64,000 bases of DNA from the NCBI GenBank assembly GCA_004022145.1, contig RCNU01000009.1. One strand, given 5' to 3'. The notes under the pieces were generated by a model. That model was not told where the DNA came from and made no database searches. It saw only the letters and a list, made by a program, of their open reading frames with translations. Shown here one piece after another: positions 41,740 through 54,227 of this stretch. This DNA comes from Paecilomyces variotii. Its lineage: Eukaryota. The position numbers were made by a program, and so were the translations under genes. Numbering within the stretch: position 1 is the stretch's first letter; each line of letters begins with the position of its first letter.

Positions 41740-44530
41740 GAACTAAATATTAAGCTTAACCTTAAGAAGTTCTTTATAGGATTTCTCTCTATATAGTTAT
41801 TAGATTACTATATTAACTTATTAAGAATAAGTATTATTAATAAGAAGATAAAGGCAGTAATTAATATTTTATTTCTTTATATAGCTTAAGTCTTAAAGTT
41901 ATATTTTAGCTTAATAGAATAGTTTAAGTAATATATTTCTTAATATATTAAAATTATATAGCTGCTTTAAGATTAGAAGATAATATTCTTTAATAAAGCC
42001 TTTATAAAAGGCAAAGTATAATAGAGTTTTATAAAGAATATAATCTTAGCTATATTCTTATAAGCTAAGATAAATACTTATAATATTATTTAAAAGTATT
42101 TTAATAATTTATTCTTTCTTATATATTATAATTTAAAGTATTAGCTTTACTTTAATATTAATATTAATATCTCTAGCTTTAATATTATACTATACTATCT
42201 TTATAATAATATTAAGATTTAATTAAATAATTATTATTTTTCTATAGTTTATAAATCTCCTAAAGCTATATTTAATTAATTAAAAGTTTAGCTAATTATA
42301 TTCCTTTTAAGGTAGCTTAATATAGTTAAAAAGAAATATTAGCTAATAGAAATAAAAATAGTATATTTAGTATAAGTATTATATAAGATATATTATATTA
42401 TTAAAATCTATTAAATGCTATTAATTATTTTTATAAACTATAGTATTATAATTATAATTATTAAGTAAATATCTCTTTAATTAATATTTATAGATTAGAC
42501 TAACTTATATCTTATCTTAGTATTATAATATATATAGAGATTTAACCTTATACTTATATATAAGCTAAGATATAATAATATTATTATAAATATACTATTA
42601 TATCTTAAATTATTCTTTATTAAGCTAAATACTTCTATACTAGAAGATATTAAATATTATTTAGCTATTATATTTCTTAAGACTATATATATTAATAATA
42701 TTAAGGATAAGCTATAATATAATATAACTCTTATTAAGTTATTAGAAATATTTAAGGCCTAATTAAAGAAAGGCTATAAAACTAATTTTTACTAATTTAA
42801 GGTCTTTATTATATTATAAAATAATATAAACTTTATATATCTTTTTTTTATAATTTATAATAAACTCCTTTATATAATTAATACTAATAATATATAATAT
42901 CTCTATATACTATAGTTAGTCCTTAAAGATATTCTTAAAATAGTTTATAATAATATAAGATATCTTAAGTATTATTAGATAATTATTAATATTTATAACT
43001 TTATAATCTATAAACTTATAAAATAAGTTAAAATATATATTAAGTATTATTATTTATACTAGATAAACTAAATATATTATTATATACCTTATAGTAGCTA
43101 TTAGCTTATTCTTATATTAAATATTCCTTTTTATATAATTATTATAGACTTTATTATAAGATTATTAAATATAAAGCTATATAATTAAATCTTAACTATT
43201 ACTTATAAATTTATAAAATAAATTATATTTATACTAAGATAAAATATATAAATAGCTAAAGACTAAGTATTAGTATTATTTAAATAACTCTAGATTAATA
43301 ATTAAAGTATTTTATTAATAATTTTATTAGATTATAATTTAAAGTTTTTATTAAATTTATAAAAAGGCTTATTTAAGCATTTTAATATTAAGTTACTCTA
43401 TTTAATAATATATTACCTATAGACTAATAAATAGTTAGAATAAACTAATTAAATAGCTAAGATTATCTTATAATACTACTTAATTATTCTAAAAGATATT
43501 ATAGCTTAGCTTAAGATTTTATTATTAATATAATTAATATTAAACTTTAGTCTATTATTTATTATAATAAGATCTCTATATAAATTAATATATAGTATTA
43601 AACTAGGTAATATTATAAACCTTTATAATAAGGAAATTTAAGACTTTATCTTATAATTTAATATATATAAAATATTTTACTTAGCTATTATAGATACTAA
43701 GCATATATATAATAAGAATTATTAATTAATCTATTTTACCTTTAATAATAAGGTCTTACTAAGATTATACTATAAATATAATATCCTTAGTATAATTATT
43801 TTTAGAAAGAAGTTATTAATATAATATATAGAACTACTTATAATTAAATAAAGAATTAAATATCTTATATATTAGCTAAATATTCTAGCTTATTAAAAAT
43901 ACTATAATATCTTCTCTATTACTTATCTAGAGCTATATTATATAAATAATCCTTTTAAATATTTTATATCCTTTAATAATATTTTACTACTATATATTAA
44001 TATAAAAAATATTAATATTAGTTATTATAAGATTAAGATATTATTTAACTATTATATCTAGCAAATTTAAGGTAAGATTATTATTAAGTATTTAATTTAT
44101 TAAAAGAGATATAATGCTTATTATAATATATAGTATTATCTTAAGAATTTAGCTAATACTTAAGAATTTATCTAGGAGTATAACTAGTATCTTAAATTAT
44201 TAGTTAAATTATAGAAATACAGGCGATTCTATAAATAATATTAGATTATAAATTAGGCGCAGAAAGAGATAAACTATAGAAATATCTAATTATATCTTAT
44301 ACTATATCTATATATATATTTCTATACTCTATTATTAAGAACGATAATAGTTTTCTTAAAAGGGGTATACTAATATAGATATAGGCATATAATATTACCT
44401 TAGTATCGCCTCTACTATTTTAATAGGGTATAAAGATATAAGATGCGAGAGCCTTAGGCTAATAACTTAATTATATAGTTACTTCCTTATGTAACTAATA
44501 GAAGAATAACTTTATCCCCTAACTGTATTA
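41740..44530 (+). mobile_element. Ty3/Gypsy chromovirus family A, copy 2: RT C-terminus, RNase H, integrase, chromodomain, 3' LTR (44371-44530)
   Basis: Colinear with 28803-31107 from ~42235. The upstream frame de-RIPs to KLNPKKSFVGFPSVQLLGHHV. PPT AAAAGGGG precedes the LTR. Confidence 0.9.
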
Positions 44531-45892
44531 TATTACCTTAAGATTAATAATTAAATTAAAAGAATAAATACTATTTTAAAATAATACTTATATATTTATA
44601 TTAGCTACTTATAAAATAATTAGATTAATTAATTATTTTTAGCTAAGTTTATATTAAATTCTTATTATTTTAAGACTATTAAAGTATTATTCTTTTTTAT
44701 TAATTATAGATTCTATTTATATATAAGATTTAAGCTTATTTAGCCTATAAATTAGCCTATTATTAAAAATATTAAAGCCTTTATTAAAAAGATATAAGAT
44801 ATTATAGATTATATTTATACTTAAATTTATATTATTTAAGTTTATTATAAAGAGTAAATTAATTATTATTAAACCTTAGCTTATTATTATTATATAAGAT
44901 AATTTATTTAATTAAATATTTAAAATATTTATATTTAATACTTTTAGAAGAAATTTAATTAAAAGAATTTTAGCTTATTTTATATTATTAAAGTTATTAA
45001 TCTATATATTTATTAGCTTAACTTATTTATCTTAATATATATTTATTCTATATTTAATATTAGCTTACTTTACTTTATTATTAAAGACTTTATACTTAAA
45101 TAAAAATAACTATTATTATTACTTATTAAAGTTAATAGCTTTAAAAAATAAATTATTAAAGATATTTTAAACTCTTAATAGAAATATTAAAGTTATAAAA
45201 GCCTTTAACTATAATATATTATTAAATAGTTAAATTATAATAATTTAATTAAAAAGCCTATATACTATTTATAATATATTTAAGAGATTATTACTAACTT
45301 TTACTACTACTATTTAAATAAGCTAAAGTTAAAAAATAGTTTTAATAAAGCTTAATTTTAAGAAAAGAAGTATTATTATAATACTAGTATAAAAAATAAA
45401 TTATTTAAAGAGATTTATTAGCTAATATTTATATAAAGTATAAGGTATAAGGCTTTAGCAGTATTTTATAAACCTCTAAGAATCTCGATTATTAGGCTAT
45501 ATAGTTTAATACTAGCTTAATTACACTTAAGTATAATTATTATAGTCTTTTTAGCTAAGTAATTAAAGAATTTAGTTTATATAACCTAGAGCTAGCTAAG
45601 TTCTTAATATAAGAAATTATATAATTTTATAAAAATATCTTTAATATATAACTTAATTTAAATTTAAACTCCTTAAGCTATATTTTATTTATTAAGCTTA
45701 CTTATAATAGCTTATTTTAATTTAAATTAATTAAATAAAGATCTTATAACTAGTCTTAGTATTAACTACTTTATTTTATTTATTTAAATTTATTTTCTAA
45801 GCCTATACTTTAATAATAACTAGATTATTACTAGAGTTTATTTAAGTTAAATAAATAAATATAAAATATAGTATATAACTAAGGGTTTTAAT
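44531..45892 (+). mobile_element. Ty3/Gypsy family C fragment: integrase C-terminus, chromodomain, PPT and 3' LTR (from ~45374)
   Basis: De-RIPped [30 protein letters not shown] at 44531-44625. Purine tract AAGAAAAGAAG at ~45360. The LTR end is approximate. Confidence 0.7.
45538..45815 (+). mobile_element. Solo LTR of Gypsy family B (278 bp), opposite orientation, TSD ATAAT/ATAAC
   Basis: 45605-45815 is the reverse complement of the family B LTR; the flanking 5-mers differ by one transition. Confidence 0.8.
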
Positions 45893-46550
45893 ATTAGCTG
45901 CAAATACTATATAAGTCTTTTTTCTAGCTCTAGGTAAAAAGATAAAATATATATATTGCCTTAATATTAATTTATAGGAAAGCTTTATAGGCGTATTATA
46001 TATTTTATATTTATAGACTTTTAAGCGCTTTAAAACTTAATATAGTTAATAAAGACTTAGATTTCTTATTTATTTAAGTTAAATATAGTTTTTAAACCTT
46101 TTTAAATCTTAGCTTTATATAAGTAATAACTCTTATTATATATAACTATTTATATTTAAAAATTTTCTATATTACGCAGGTAATATATTTCTCTTTATTA
46201 CAGTTATCTTTTAAGAAGTATATATAGTATATTAATAATAACTCTTAATAAAGTTATACCTATTATATAATAATAAGGCAGTAGATCTTTATATAGGAAG
46301 ATCCTCTAAGCTTCCTTAGTGCTAATTTACTAGCTATATCGAAGCCTTAAAAATATATAATTCTAATACTCTGATTAGAAGCGGAAATTACCAGGATATT
46401 GTCTTATAATATGAAACAATATTTATATTAAATATTAAATGAAGGGGCCAATTGAAGAATAGAATGTACATGCTATATGTCCTTAGACCAGGATCCTCGT
46501 TCTTGTTATCTAGATGAGGACGTGTCCGCTGTGCAGCATCGATTACAGAC

Positions 46551-48070
46551 TTACGTTCCCTTGATGAGAATCTGCTTCTGCTTCTTGATATGGCGGATAA
46601 CCTCCTCGTCGACCTTCAGGGTCTGCGCAGCGATGTGTGAAGGAGTCAGGGCCAGCCATTGAGCGAGAGAGATGTCTGCAACACGGTCGCTCTTGTAGAT
46701 TTCAATCCACACGAGTTTCTCGGTATCAGACGTGTTCTCAATGTAGTGTCCTATATCTATGGTCAGTTATGTCGATAATGAAAACCAATAGGGTGGATAC
46801 TGACCGGAATTGTCGGGGAAGACCGCAGTATCACCGGCAGAGAAGTCGAAGGTGCGTGACTTCTCGCTACCAATGAAGACACTAGCACGGCCGTGTCCCT
46901 GGTGGAAGTAAAGCCATTCCTCAGCCTACCAGAAAATATAATTAGCTCAAATAGTTTGCTGGAAGCGGTCGAGTGCTCTTACATTAGGGTGCCAGTGGAG
47001 TTCTCTCAAGCCCTTAGGCTCAAGTTCGACGACTGCTGCAGCGATAGTTTTGGCAATTGGGAATGTAGTAGAATCCACCTTGCGGAAGGTACCGCCGTTT
47101 CCAGGCACGGGTTCGGTCTCATGCTGATCCGAGTGGTACACGAAAGAGCTGTTACCGACGAGCGCACCGTTTCCGCCAGTGACATTCTGTTCCTCGACAG
47201 TACCGTTCAGGATGTAGGGGAACTTTTCAGGTACTTTGCCGAAGACGGAGGGATCAACACCAAAGTTCTTCGCAAGAATGTCCTTTGGAGTGTGCTTTAT
47301 CCAGTCGTCGATCATGAAAGTCGTGCTGTGCAGATTGACAATAAGTATACGGCGGTACTCAATTAATAGCAGAGTAAAGCACCAACCCTTGCGCTTCAAA
47401 GTCTCCATCATCGAAGATGAGAAGGTATTCGTTCTGGTCTTCCAATCCCTGGACAGTATGGGCCTGTCCCTTGGGGAAATACCAGATATCGCCTTCCTTG
47501 GCTGTGTCTAGTTCGTACTGGCCGTCCTCATTAACGGCGGAGACTGTGACAGCTCCTTTGTAGACGTAGCCCCACTCAGCCTACAGAAGAACAGTGAGCC
47601 AACATATTACTCTCCCGGAGGAATTGAACGGTGTCACTTACTACTCGATGCCAGTGCAGCTCACGGATAGCTCCCTTTATCAGGTGCTGCTGGGCACCGG
47701 CAATGTCGTGACTCTGTGGAAGATCGGACGTGATCTGCTCCCGAGACCAGCCTCCAGGATAGAGGTTGGTCTTAGAGTCAGAGAAACTCCATTTCAGATT
47801 CGGAACATATCCATTGTCTGTCGACTCGCGGCCCAAGTTATCCGGGTTCTGTATATCGATAGCATGGTTTGTTCCTCCTGATAGTTGTAAATTCTCAGTA
47901 CATACGTCCCTTAGAAGTTCTGACACTAAAGGGAGGAAGTATTTACCAGAAAATGGAGCTCCCTTGCCCGAATCGTTGATAGGCTCACCGTCACCGAACC
48001 CTGAACGCTTGACTGCAGGGGATGCCACAGCGAGGGAGGCGAAGCAGAGGACTTGCGGAAGGAACTTCAT
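46551..48070 (-). CDS. oxdC: Secreted bicupin oxalate decarboxylase/oxidase family protein (6 exons)
   Basis: Exons 48070-47947, 47877-47642, 47580-47387, 47325-46983, 46925-46805, 46750-46551 with GT-AG introns. Signal peptide MKFLPQVLCFASLAVA. Mn-binding cupin motifs RELHWHRVAEW/FPKGQAH and RELHWHPNAEEW/FPDNSGHYIEN. Confidence 0.93.
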
Positions 48071-48479
48071 TGTTTTGGCCTGTAATTTGTGAACCCAATT
48101 AAACAAAGAACACCTGGTCGAGACGGGATGAGACAGAGACAATAGGGGCTTTGATCGGGTATTTAAAAGGTATCGTACCCAAAGCCAATTGAGTTTGCCT
48201 TGTATACAAAACCATCACGACATCGTATACTCATCCAAAAACGCCAGTGCTTAGCCTCAAAACAAACGGAAACTGTTCAACTTCTCGTGATTCCATTCCA
48301 AATACGATCATCACGTCATTTAGAAGCAAAAAAGCTAGATAGAGCTTTGGTCCCTGAAGGATGCGCTGGCGGAGATTGTGGCTATTGTTATCGTCTAGTG
48401 AAGAGCATCTTTCTGATCCACAATATATCGGTGCACACTTGAGGCGTTTGTAGATCAGTGGGAACTTGCAGAGTGCGAT

Positions 48480-48593
48480 CTTGGCGAGGTCTTGTGTTGG
48501 AGAAGCACAGCCTGTTTGTGATATAGGAATGGAGTGAGGATGAAGCAGTATGTCGCCATGCTTGGCACGGGATACTTAGCCAGCATGCCAAGC
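48480..48593. promoter_or_regulatory. Cluster of three PacC consensus sites (GCCARG)
   Basis: CTTGGC at 48480 and 48561, GCCAAG at 48587; 410-520 bp upstream of the bicupin ATG. Confidence 0.45.
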
Positions 48594-50123
48594 CCTCCGC
48601 TGGCGGCCCGTGCATACTTCCAAGTTCCGTGCAAAATATCTAGTAGGAAGCTTCATTTCACCTCAGTTGGGATGTCTGGACCGGAGAGGCAGCTGATCCA
48701 GCTGGATCACATTCATCATGTTGCCTAGCTCAAGGCATGAAACACATATCGTCGAGCGTCTGTCAATTGAAGTCTGAAGGACTGGTAACGACTGGTCGGA
48801 GCTTTTCACTTTCCTTCTCCCCCAATATCGGCAAGCTTGCAGTGCGGAGATTGAGGATTAGATGCTGGGACTAAGTGGAATCGCGTAATAGGAGACCATC
48901 ACTTCGTAGGTTCTCTTTTTGGTCAGTTGGAGACCCGTTAAACTTTGTCCTTCAAGTTCACACGGCTGGTATAGCCCAGAGCTGCACGTTAAAACAAGCG
49001 ACTAACATTTGTTGCAGTTTACCAATGCTGACATTTGAGTCCGTATCATTTCGGCGTCTCTCGGGGTTCGTATTTGGGAGCTCCTGTAGATCCCGAGGAC
49101 CATGTATTATGTTTTGGGAAAGCCGAGAACGATGTCGTGCTTGTCCATCGCACAGACTCAGCTCATGAATTATCTCGATTCAGCGCTAGACGCTTATTCC
49201 TCTTGGATTACCCCTTCAACCCGCGCTCATGGCGGAAAGGAACTGCTTTAGGTTTCCCTTGGGGTCCGCGACTTCAAGCTATGCCTGTCATAAAAGTTGA
49301 GCGATCATATTTTCCTAGATCGCCGAATCATGGAGTTAACAGAAAATGTTGTGTGACTCCATGAGATGATCCGTTCCCTCTGGGTTGTATCATACACAAG
49401 TTCTGGGAGTATAACTAGCTTTACTGGTCTAAGAGAAGCACTGTTCTTCCAAGAAAGGTCAAGTGGCAACCGAGCTCGGTGTTGATGATTCTTCCGGTAG
49501 TTTTTGACGCTCTGAGATAGAATGGGTATCCTGAGAGGAAATGGCCTCTATTCGAATAAGGCGTGCTTTTTTCTAGCTCATATCACCCGCGTTTGCGCCG
49601 CATGCCCCGTATATGTATATTTTCCCGAGCATCAGGTCCACAAGAGGCAGCATTCCTATTCTGCTTGCATTAGCTTAACCCTTAACAGGTAACATAGCCT
49701 TGTCGGTAACCAAGATACGACATATTATCGACATCTCGGAAATGGAATGCCTGGAAGCGGTTGGCTGTCCTCGCCGAGAGAGGATAATTTGAACTCTCGC
49801 CAACTTATCCAGCCTTTTTTGTGGCGGTATATCATATCACAGTTTAGCCGATGATGATCACAATAGTCATTGTTTAGGGTTTTCGCAGACTGAACTTTCG
49901 TTATTCCTCTTTCAATGACACGATCGAGGCCATGGATTGCGCATTGAAGAGATCTCTGCAGAGAAGAAGGCTCAGGAGTAGATACAATATGAGATCAGAA
50001 AAGCATATATACTAAGAGGAAATACCTCAAATGTGCTCATGCTAATCCATTCCTTACTTCAATCACTGTCCGGTTCGAACTAGAGCACATTTTCTGTTTT
50101 GATATCTGGCTGAAGGTGTAACA

Positions 50124-51819
50124 ATGGCTGGCTTTTGGTTTAGCGTCCTGGGGCTTCTTCCCCTTTCTCAAGCTCTTTCACTCCCTCCCCTCATACCTAA
50201 GATCCAAGGTGTGACGACGCCTCTGATCCAACCTCTCTATGAGCTTCTACCGGCATTGCCCATCTTCCAGGCGCCCCTGCCACCACTTGACAGCCCTCCT
50301 TTCACCCCCAGTAACATTAGACCGAAGAAGATCGGATACTATTGGGTCGGAGCGGGGGATAAGGAGCATGCCGATTTCCTGGCTACTTACAGTCTAGATG
50401 ATGTGTGTACGATAAACTCCTGCTCGATTTCATAGCAGCTAAGACATTCTAGGACACCTTTGGAGAACTCATCTATGTGACCGACGTTCCCACTAGTGGC
50501 AACGACCCTCACCATCTGGGAGTTTCTCATGATGGGAAGACCCTTGTCGGTGGAGGTCTTCTATCACTGCTGAAGCTTCAAGACACTGCATACTACTTCG
50601 ACGTCAGCAACCCCTATCGTCCTGCCTTCACGAAGAGCAACCGTGGTGTTCTTGCGTCCATCGCCGACGAAATTCGTGCAAAGCCTGATGGGTAAGACGA
50701 TCCCCCGTCTACAGTTTAGTAGTCTAGGATGTAGAATTGACAAGCAAAATAGGGGTTTTTTCATTACATACATGGGATGTAAGTACAATTGAGAAAACCC
50801 TGTGCTAGAGATCTCGATATTCACATTTTTCTTCTTAGCTGCTCTTGGTACATCCCCCGGCAGGCTCATCGAAACCGATGCCGACTTCAACATCATTCAT
50901 GAATGGCCCGAAGATGTCGAAGGGACTCTTAATATCTTGGGCGAGCAGTTCTCTCCCCATGGTATCTCAATTGACTGGGAGAGGAACTTCATCCTGACCT
51001 CTGACTTCGTTGTTCCTTTGTCAATTCTGAAGCCCAGCACGGGAGTCGTGCGTGCCAACACTCTTCGACTCTGGGACCTAAAGACTCGGACCATCCTCAA
51101 CACCATCACTATCCCTAACGTGAGTTTCATTACCGGATCGAGCTTGAGCATACTGTCTGACCACTGTATGGATTCAGGGTTCAGGTATCCAGGACGTGAA
51201 GTTCATCCCTGGCAACCCTGAAGGTGCTGCTATTGCGGCTACTGTGGGTAGCGGTCAGATCTGGATCGTCTATCCTTCCCGCAAGGATGCCAACGGCAAG
51301 CAGGGTGTCGCAGAGCTCCTCTTCGACTTGGGCGATCAGGCTCGTGCATCGAACCCTATCGCCAGCTAGTATGGTTGACCTATGTTCTTGAAAATCCGTG
51401 CATCAGATACTAACCAGTTCTTACTTAGCACTGATCTTACTCAGGATGGCAAGTTCCTGTACGTGACGCTCACCTCGGCTAACCACGTCGCTGCTCTGGA
51501 CATTAGCGACCTCAACAACGTCAAGCGTCTCGATGATCCCGATGAGGTACATCCCATCGTTAGCCCTCACTACATTAAGGTCACGCCTGATCAAAAGCAC
51601 ATTGTCGTCACCGATTACTTCGTGCAGACGGGTGAAATCGGTATTGTCAACGTTCCAGCCGATTTCAAAGCACAGTACATCGACATCAACGATGATGGCA
51701 GTATTTCCTTCAACCGTTCCATCAATTTCAGCCAGGAATTTGAGAACCGTGGCGGCGGTAAGCCACATTCTGCTGTGGTTTTCGATCTCACAGACCCGGA
51801 GAACCCGCTGTACTACTAG
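50124..51819 (+). CDS. Secreted beta-propeller protein, selenium-binding protein 56 / methanethiol oxidase-like (6 exons)
   Basis: Exons 50124-50402, 50453-50691, 50753-50778, 50839-51119, 51178-51368, 51429-51819. Signal peptide. Motifs DFLATYSLD, GNDPHH, SPHGISID, LTSDF, SPHY, KPHS. Confidence 0.75.
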
Positions 51820-52216
51820 AGTACTTCGGGGGAACGCTTTACTGGCAGAGGTGTTCCGAGGGGTCCTACATTTCAGTTCACTGGCGTTTGCAGTGTATTG
51901 ACTGATACTGAACATCTATTTAAGTACGCCTTCCTCCTCCCAACACCAAATTTGAGCCATGTCGCCTTGTCCCCACGGAGGGGCACCAATAAAATTTAAC
52001 GTCTAAATGCTCGTTATACGTCAATATATACGGAGGCTTCCCTGCTTGCTACTTTCTACGTATAGCATCCATCTAGGAATATTGAAGGAACCCCATAATA
52101 TCGCCTTTATTATTACGCATGAGTATACTACTACCACGGACTCAAACATAATACGCTCCTTACGAGGCTAGATTACATGAATACTGCTTCTACATAAGAT
52201 TGTGTATAGTTTTTAT

Positions 52217-53726
52217 TTACATAGTCGTCGTCTTCATTTGCTCCCAGGGTATTTGTACTCCAAGACTTGACGCCACTCTCATCGCAGAGACAATGCAACC
52301 TTCCAATAATACCATTCCATCCCAGCACCACCCGCCAACAAAGTAGACTCCTCCGCCTCCATTCGTCCACCCTGATGCGAGGCCAACTCTCGAAGGATGA
52401 CCCAGGAAAATGCCGTTGATGATTTCGCGACTCTCAGGAGTACGAAGGACACGAGTGAACGTAGCCGACCGGATAATTTTGGCTGGATCAACCGATTTCA
52501 GGGGGTTCGTGGTCACGATTACCCCGCAGGGCTGTTCATGAGCGGCCTCTGAGTTTCCATCTCGAGTCCACAAATGGATGCCCTGAGCTATCTTTTCAGA
52601 TTGAATCAGAGCGGCAAGAGAGTCGGCTGAAGAAACGACATGTTTCTCTATTGGATGATACAGAGGAGGTAGAGTAGAGTAGTCTGTATGTGCGACTGTG
52701 TCCACCTTGCATGTCGGAATCTGTCCCAGGGTCGATCTTACGGGTTCGAACACAGATGCGGCAATATCCGGCGATACTCCTAGCACGACCAGGTCGAAGG
52801 CTTCTGTTTTAGCGACGCCAGTTGAGTCGGTCCATGTGAGTTCCACGCTGTCACCCCGGGATTCCACTCTCGTCAGACAAACTCCAAAACGCACATCAAC
52901 ACCCTTTGACAATTTATCCTGGACGGACCGAATCCCATCCTCGACCACAAAATGTGGTTGTAGATGAGTGCGCTTTTTGTAACCCAGAACATCCGTTGCT
53001 GGAAAATTCAACATCTCCTGGTGAGAACAGGTACAGACACTCGACATTAAGGGTAAGAGATAATATTTTGTGTGATACTCGGGCATATGGATCCTGTGCA
53101 GGTACTCTCCGAGACTCTCCCCACGCTTTGATGGGGACCCCTCCAAGGGGAAAACCAGATAACAGCAGATGGTGAACCACAGATAGCAAAGCAGTGCGTA
53201 TGCTGCCTCTACCAGCCAAAACAGGAAATCAAGACCTTTCCCTGGGATCCATGGTATTTGATGGAAATTTGATGCATACGTCATATATAACCGCGAGCTT
53301 GTCTGCGACGATCTAGAAAAGCTGAAGAGAAATGGCTGTGCATGATATCGTACGTCAAGATGATCGTACATCTGGATCAGTTGTTGATAGAATCCGCCAG
53401 CGAACGCGCGCATTGGGACATCAGCCCAGCTGGCTGTCTTCCCCTTTTCATCGCTGAAGGATGAGAGTTGGATAGACTCGGAACTCAGAGACAGGTGGTT
53501 CTCCTGCGCCAGGGTGGTTTTGTCAGTCCGTCAGTCACGAATTGGCGGGAAATATTCTTTTGTGCTTCTAACTATTGAACCCGAATGACTAATTCCGCTT
53601 ACCTACTTTCTCTAACAGTTTAACTTGGTACCTCTGTTCAGGATCATGGTGGAGAAGATATGCGGTCGTCAGCCCTGCCATACCCGTGCCGACGACGGCG
53701 ACTGTCTTCCTCCCATCTCCTTTCAT
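52217..53726 (-). CDS. FAD/NAD(P)-binding oxidoreductase (amine-oxidase-like fold), 2 exons
   Basis: Exon 1 53726-53607 (MKGDGRKTVAVVGTGMAGLTTAYLL, Rossmann GxGxxG). Exon 2 53503-52217 with DVPMRAFAGGFY and C-terminal GGWCWDGMVLLEGCIVSA. Confidence 0.88.
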
Positions 53727-54227
53727 ATCGTTATGCCTCTCGCTGCTCCAGGCAAGGCGACTCAGGAAGGGAACAGCAACTCAAAACGGGAGACTTCCAG
53801 AGCATCCGCTCCCTTTAAGAAGGTCGCCGAGATGCGTACCCCGATCAATGTCGCAGGAAAAGAAGACTAAACCCCAGATGCGACAATCCGTGTTTAGCGA
53901 AAGACCACTCCAGACATGGTAAATTCTTCCCTACTTGCTTGCCAGCAAAGGAAGCATATCTATAATATGCGCACTGGAGCTGATAATTGCCTTCTACGCT
54001 CAGAATAAGACTGTGCCCGTCCGCTGGCCGCCATTAATATATTAGCTCTTTCCACTTAACTAGCCTCTCTTTGGCATTGAGCAACGTCTTGGCCATCTCA
54101 ACAATTTTCGCTTAGAGCATGTTCTCCTGGCTTCCTTCTCCACTCAGCTAGACTAGCCTTAGATAGACTAATCAGGATCGATCCACCAAGCCTCGGAACA
54201 AGAAGAACCTCTTTTTTACACTATCAT

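Larger units (their letters stand above)
1..46400. other. RIP-mutated AT-rich repeat compartment (transposon graveyard; heterochromatic or possibly centromeric block)
   Basis: No ORF in the supplied track before 46,477. CpA/TpG are nearly absent and TpA is strongly enriched. Repeat copies differ almost only by C/T and G/A transitions. Normal GC content returns abruptly at ~46.4 kb. Confidence 0.95.

Noticed and set aside
1-46400. Mitochondrial or NUMT origin, or an alternative genetic code, for the AT-rich block
   Set aside because: It contains nuclear Gypsy/hAT relics with transition-only divergence between copies; RIP explains both the composition and the stop codons.
48200-49364. Short ORFs in the divergent intergenic region
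   Set aside because: Mostly non-ATG starts with no recognisable domains or splice support; treated as promoter DNA.
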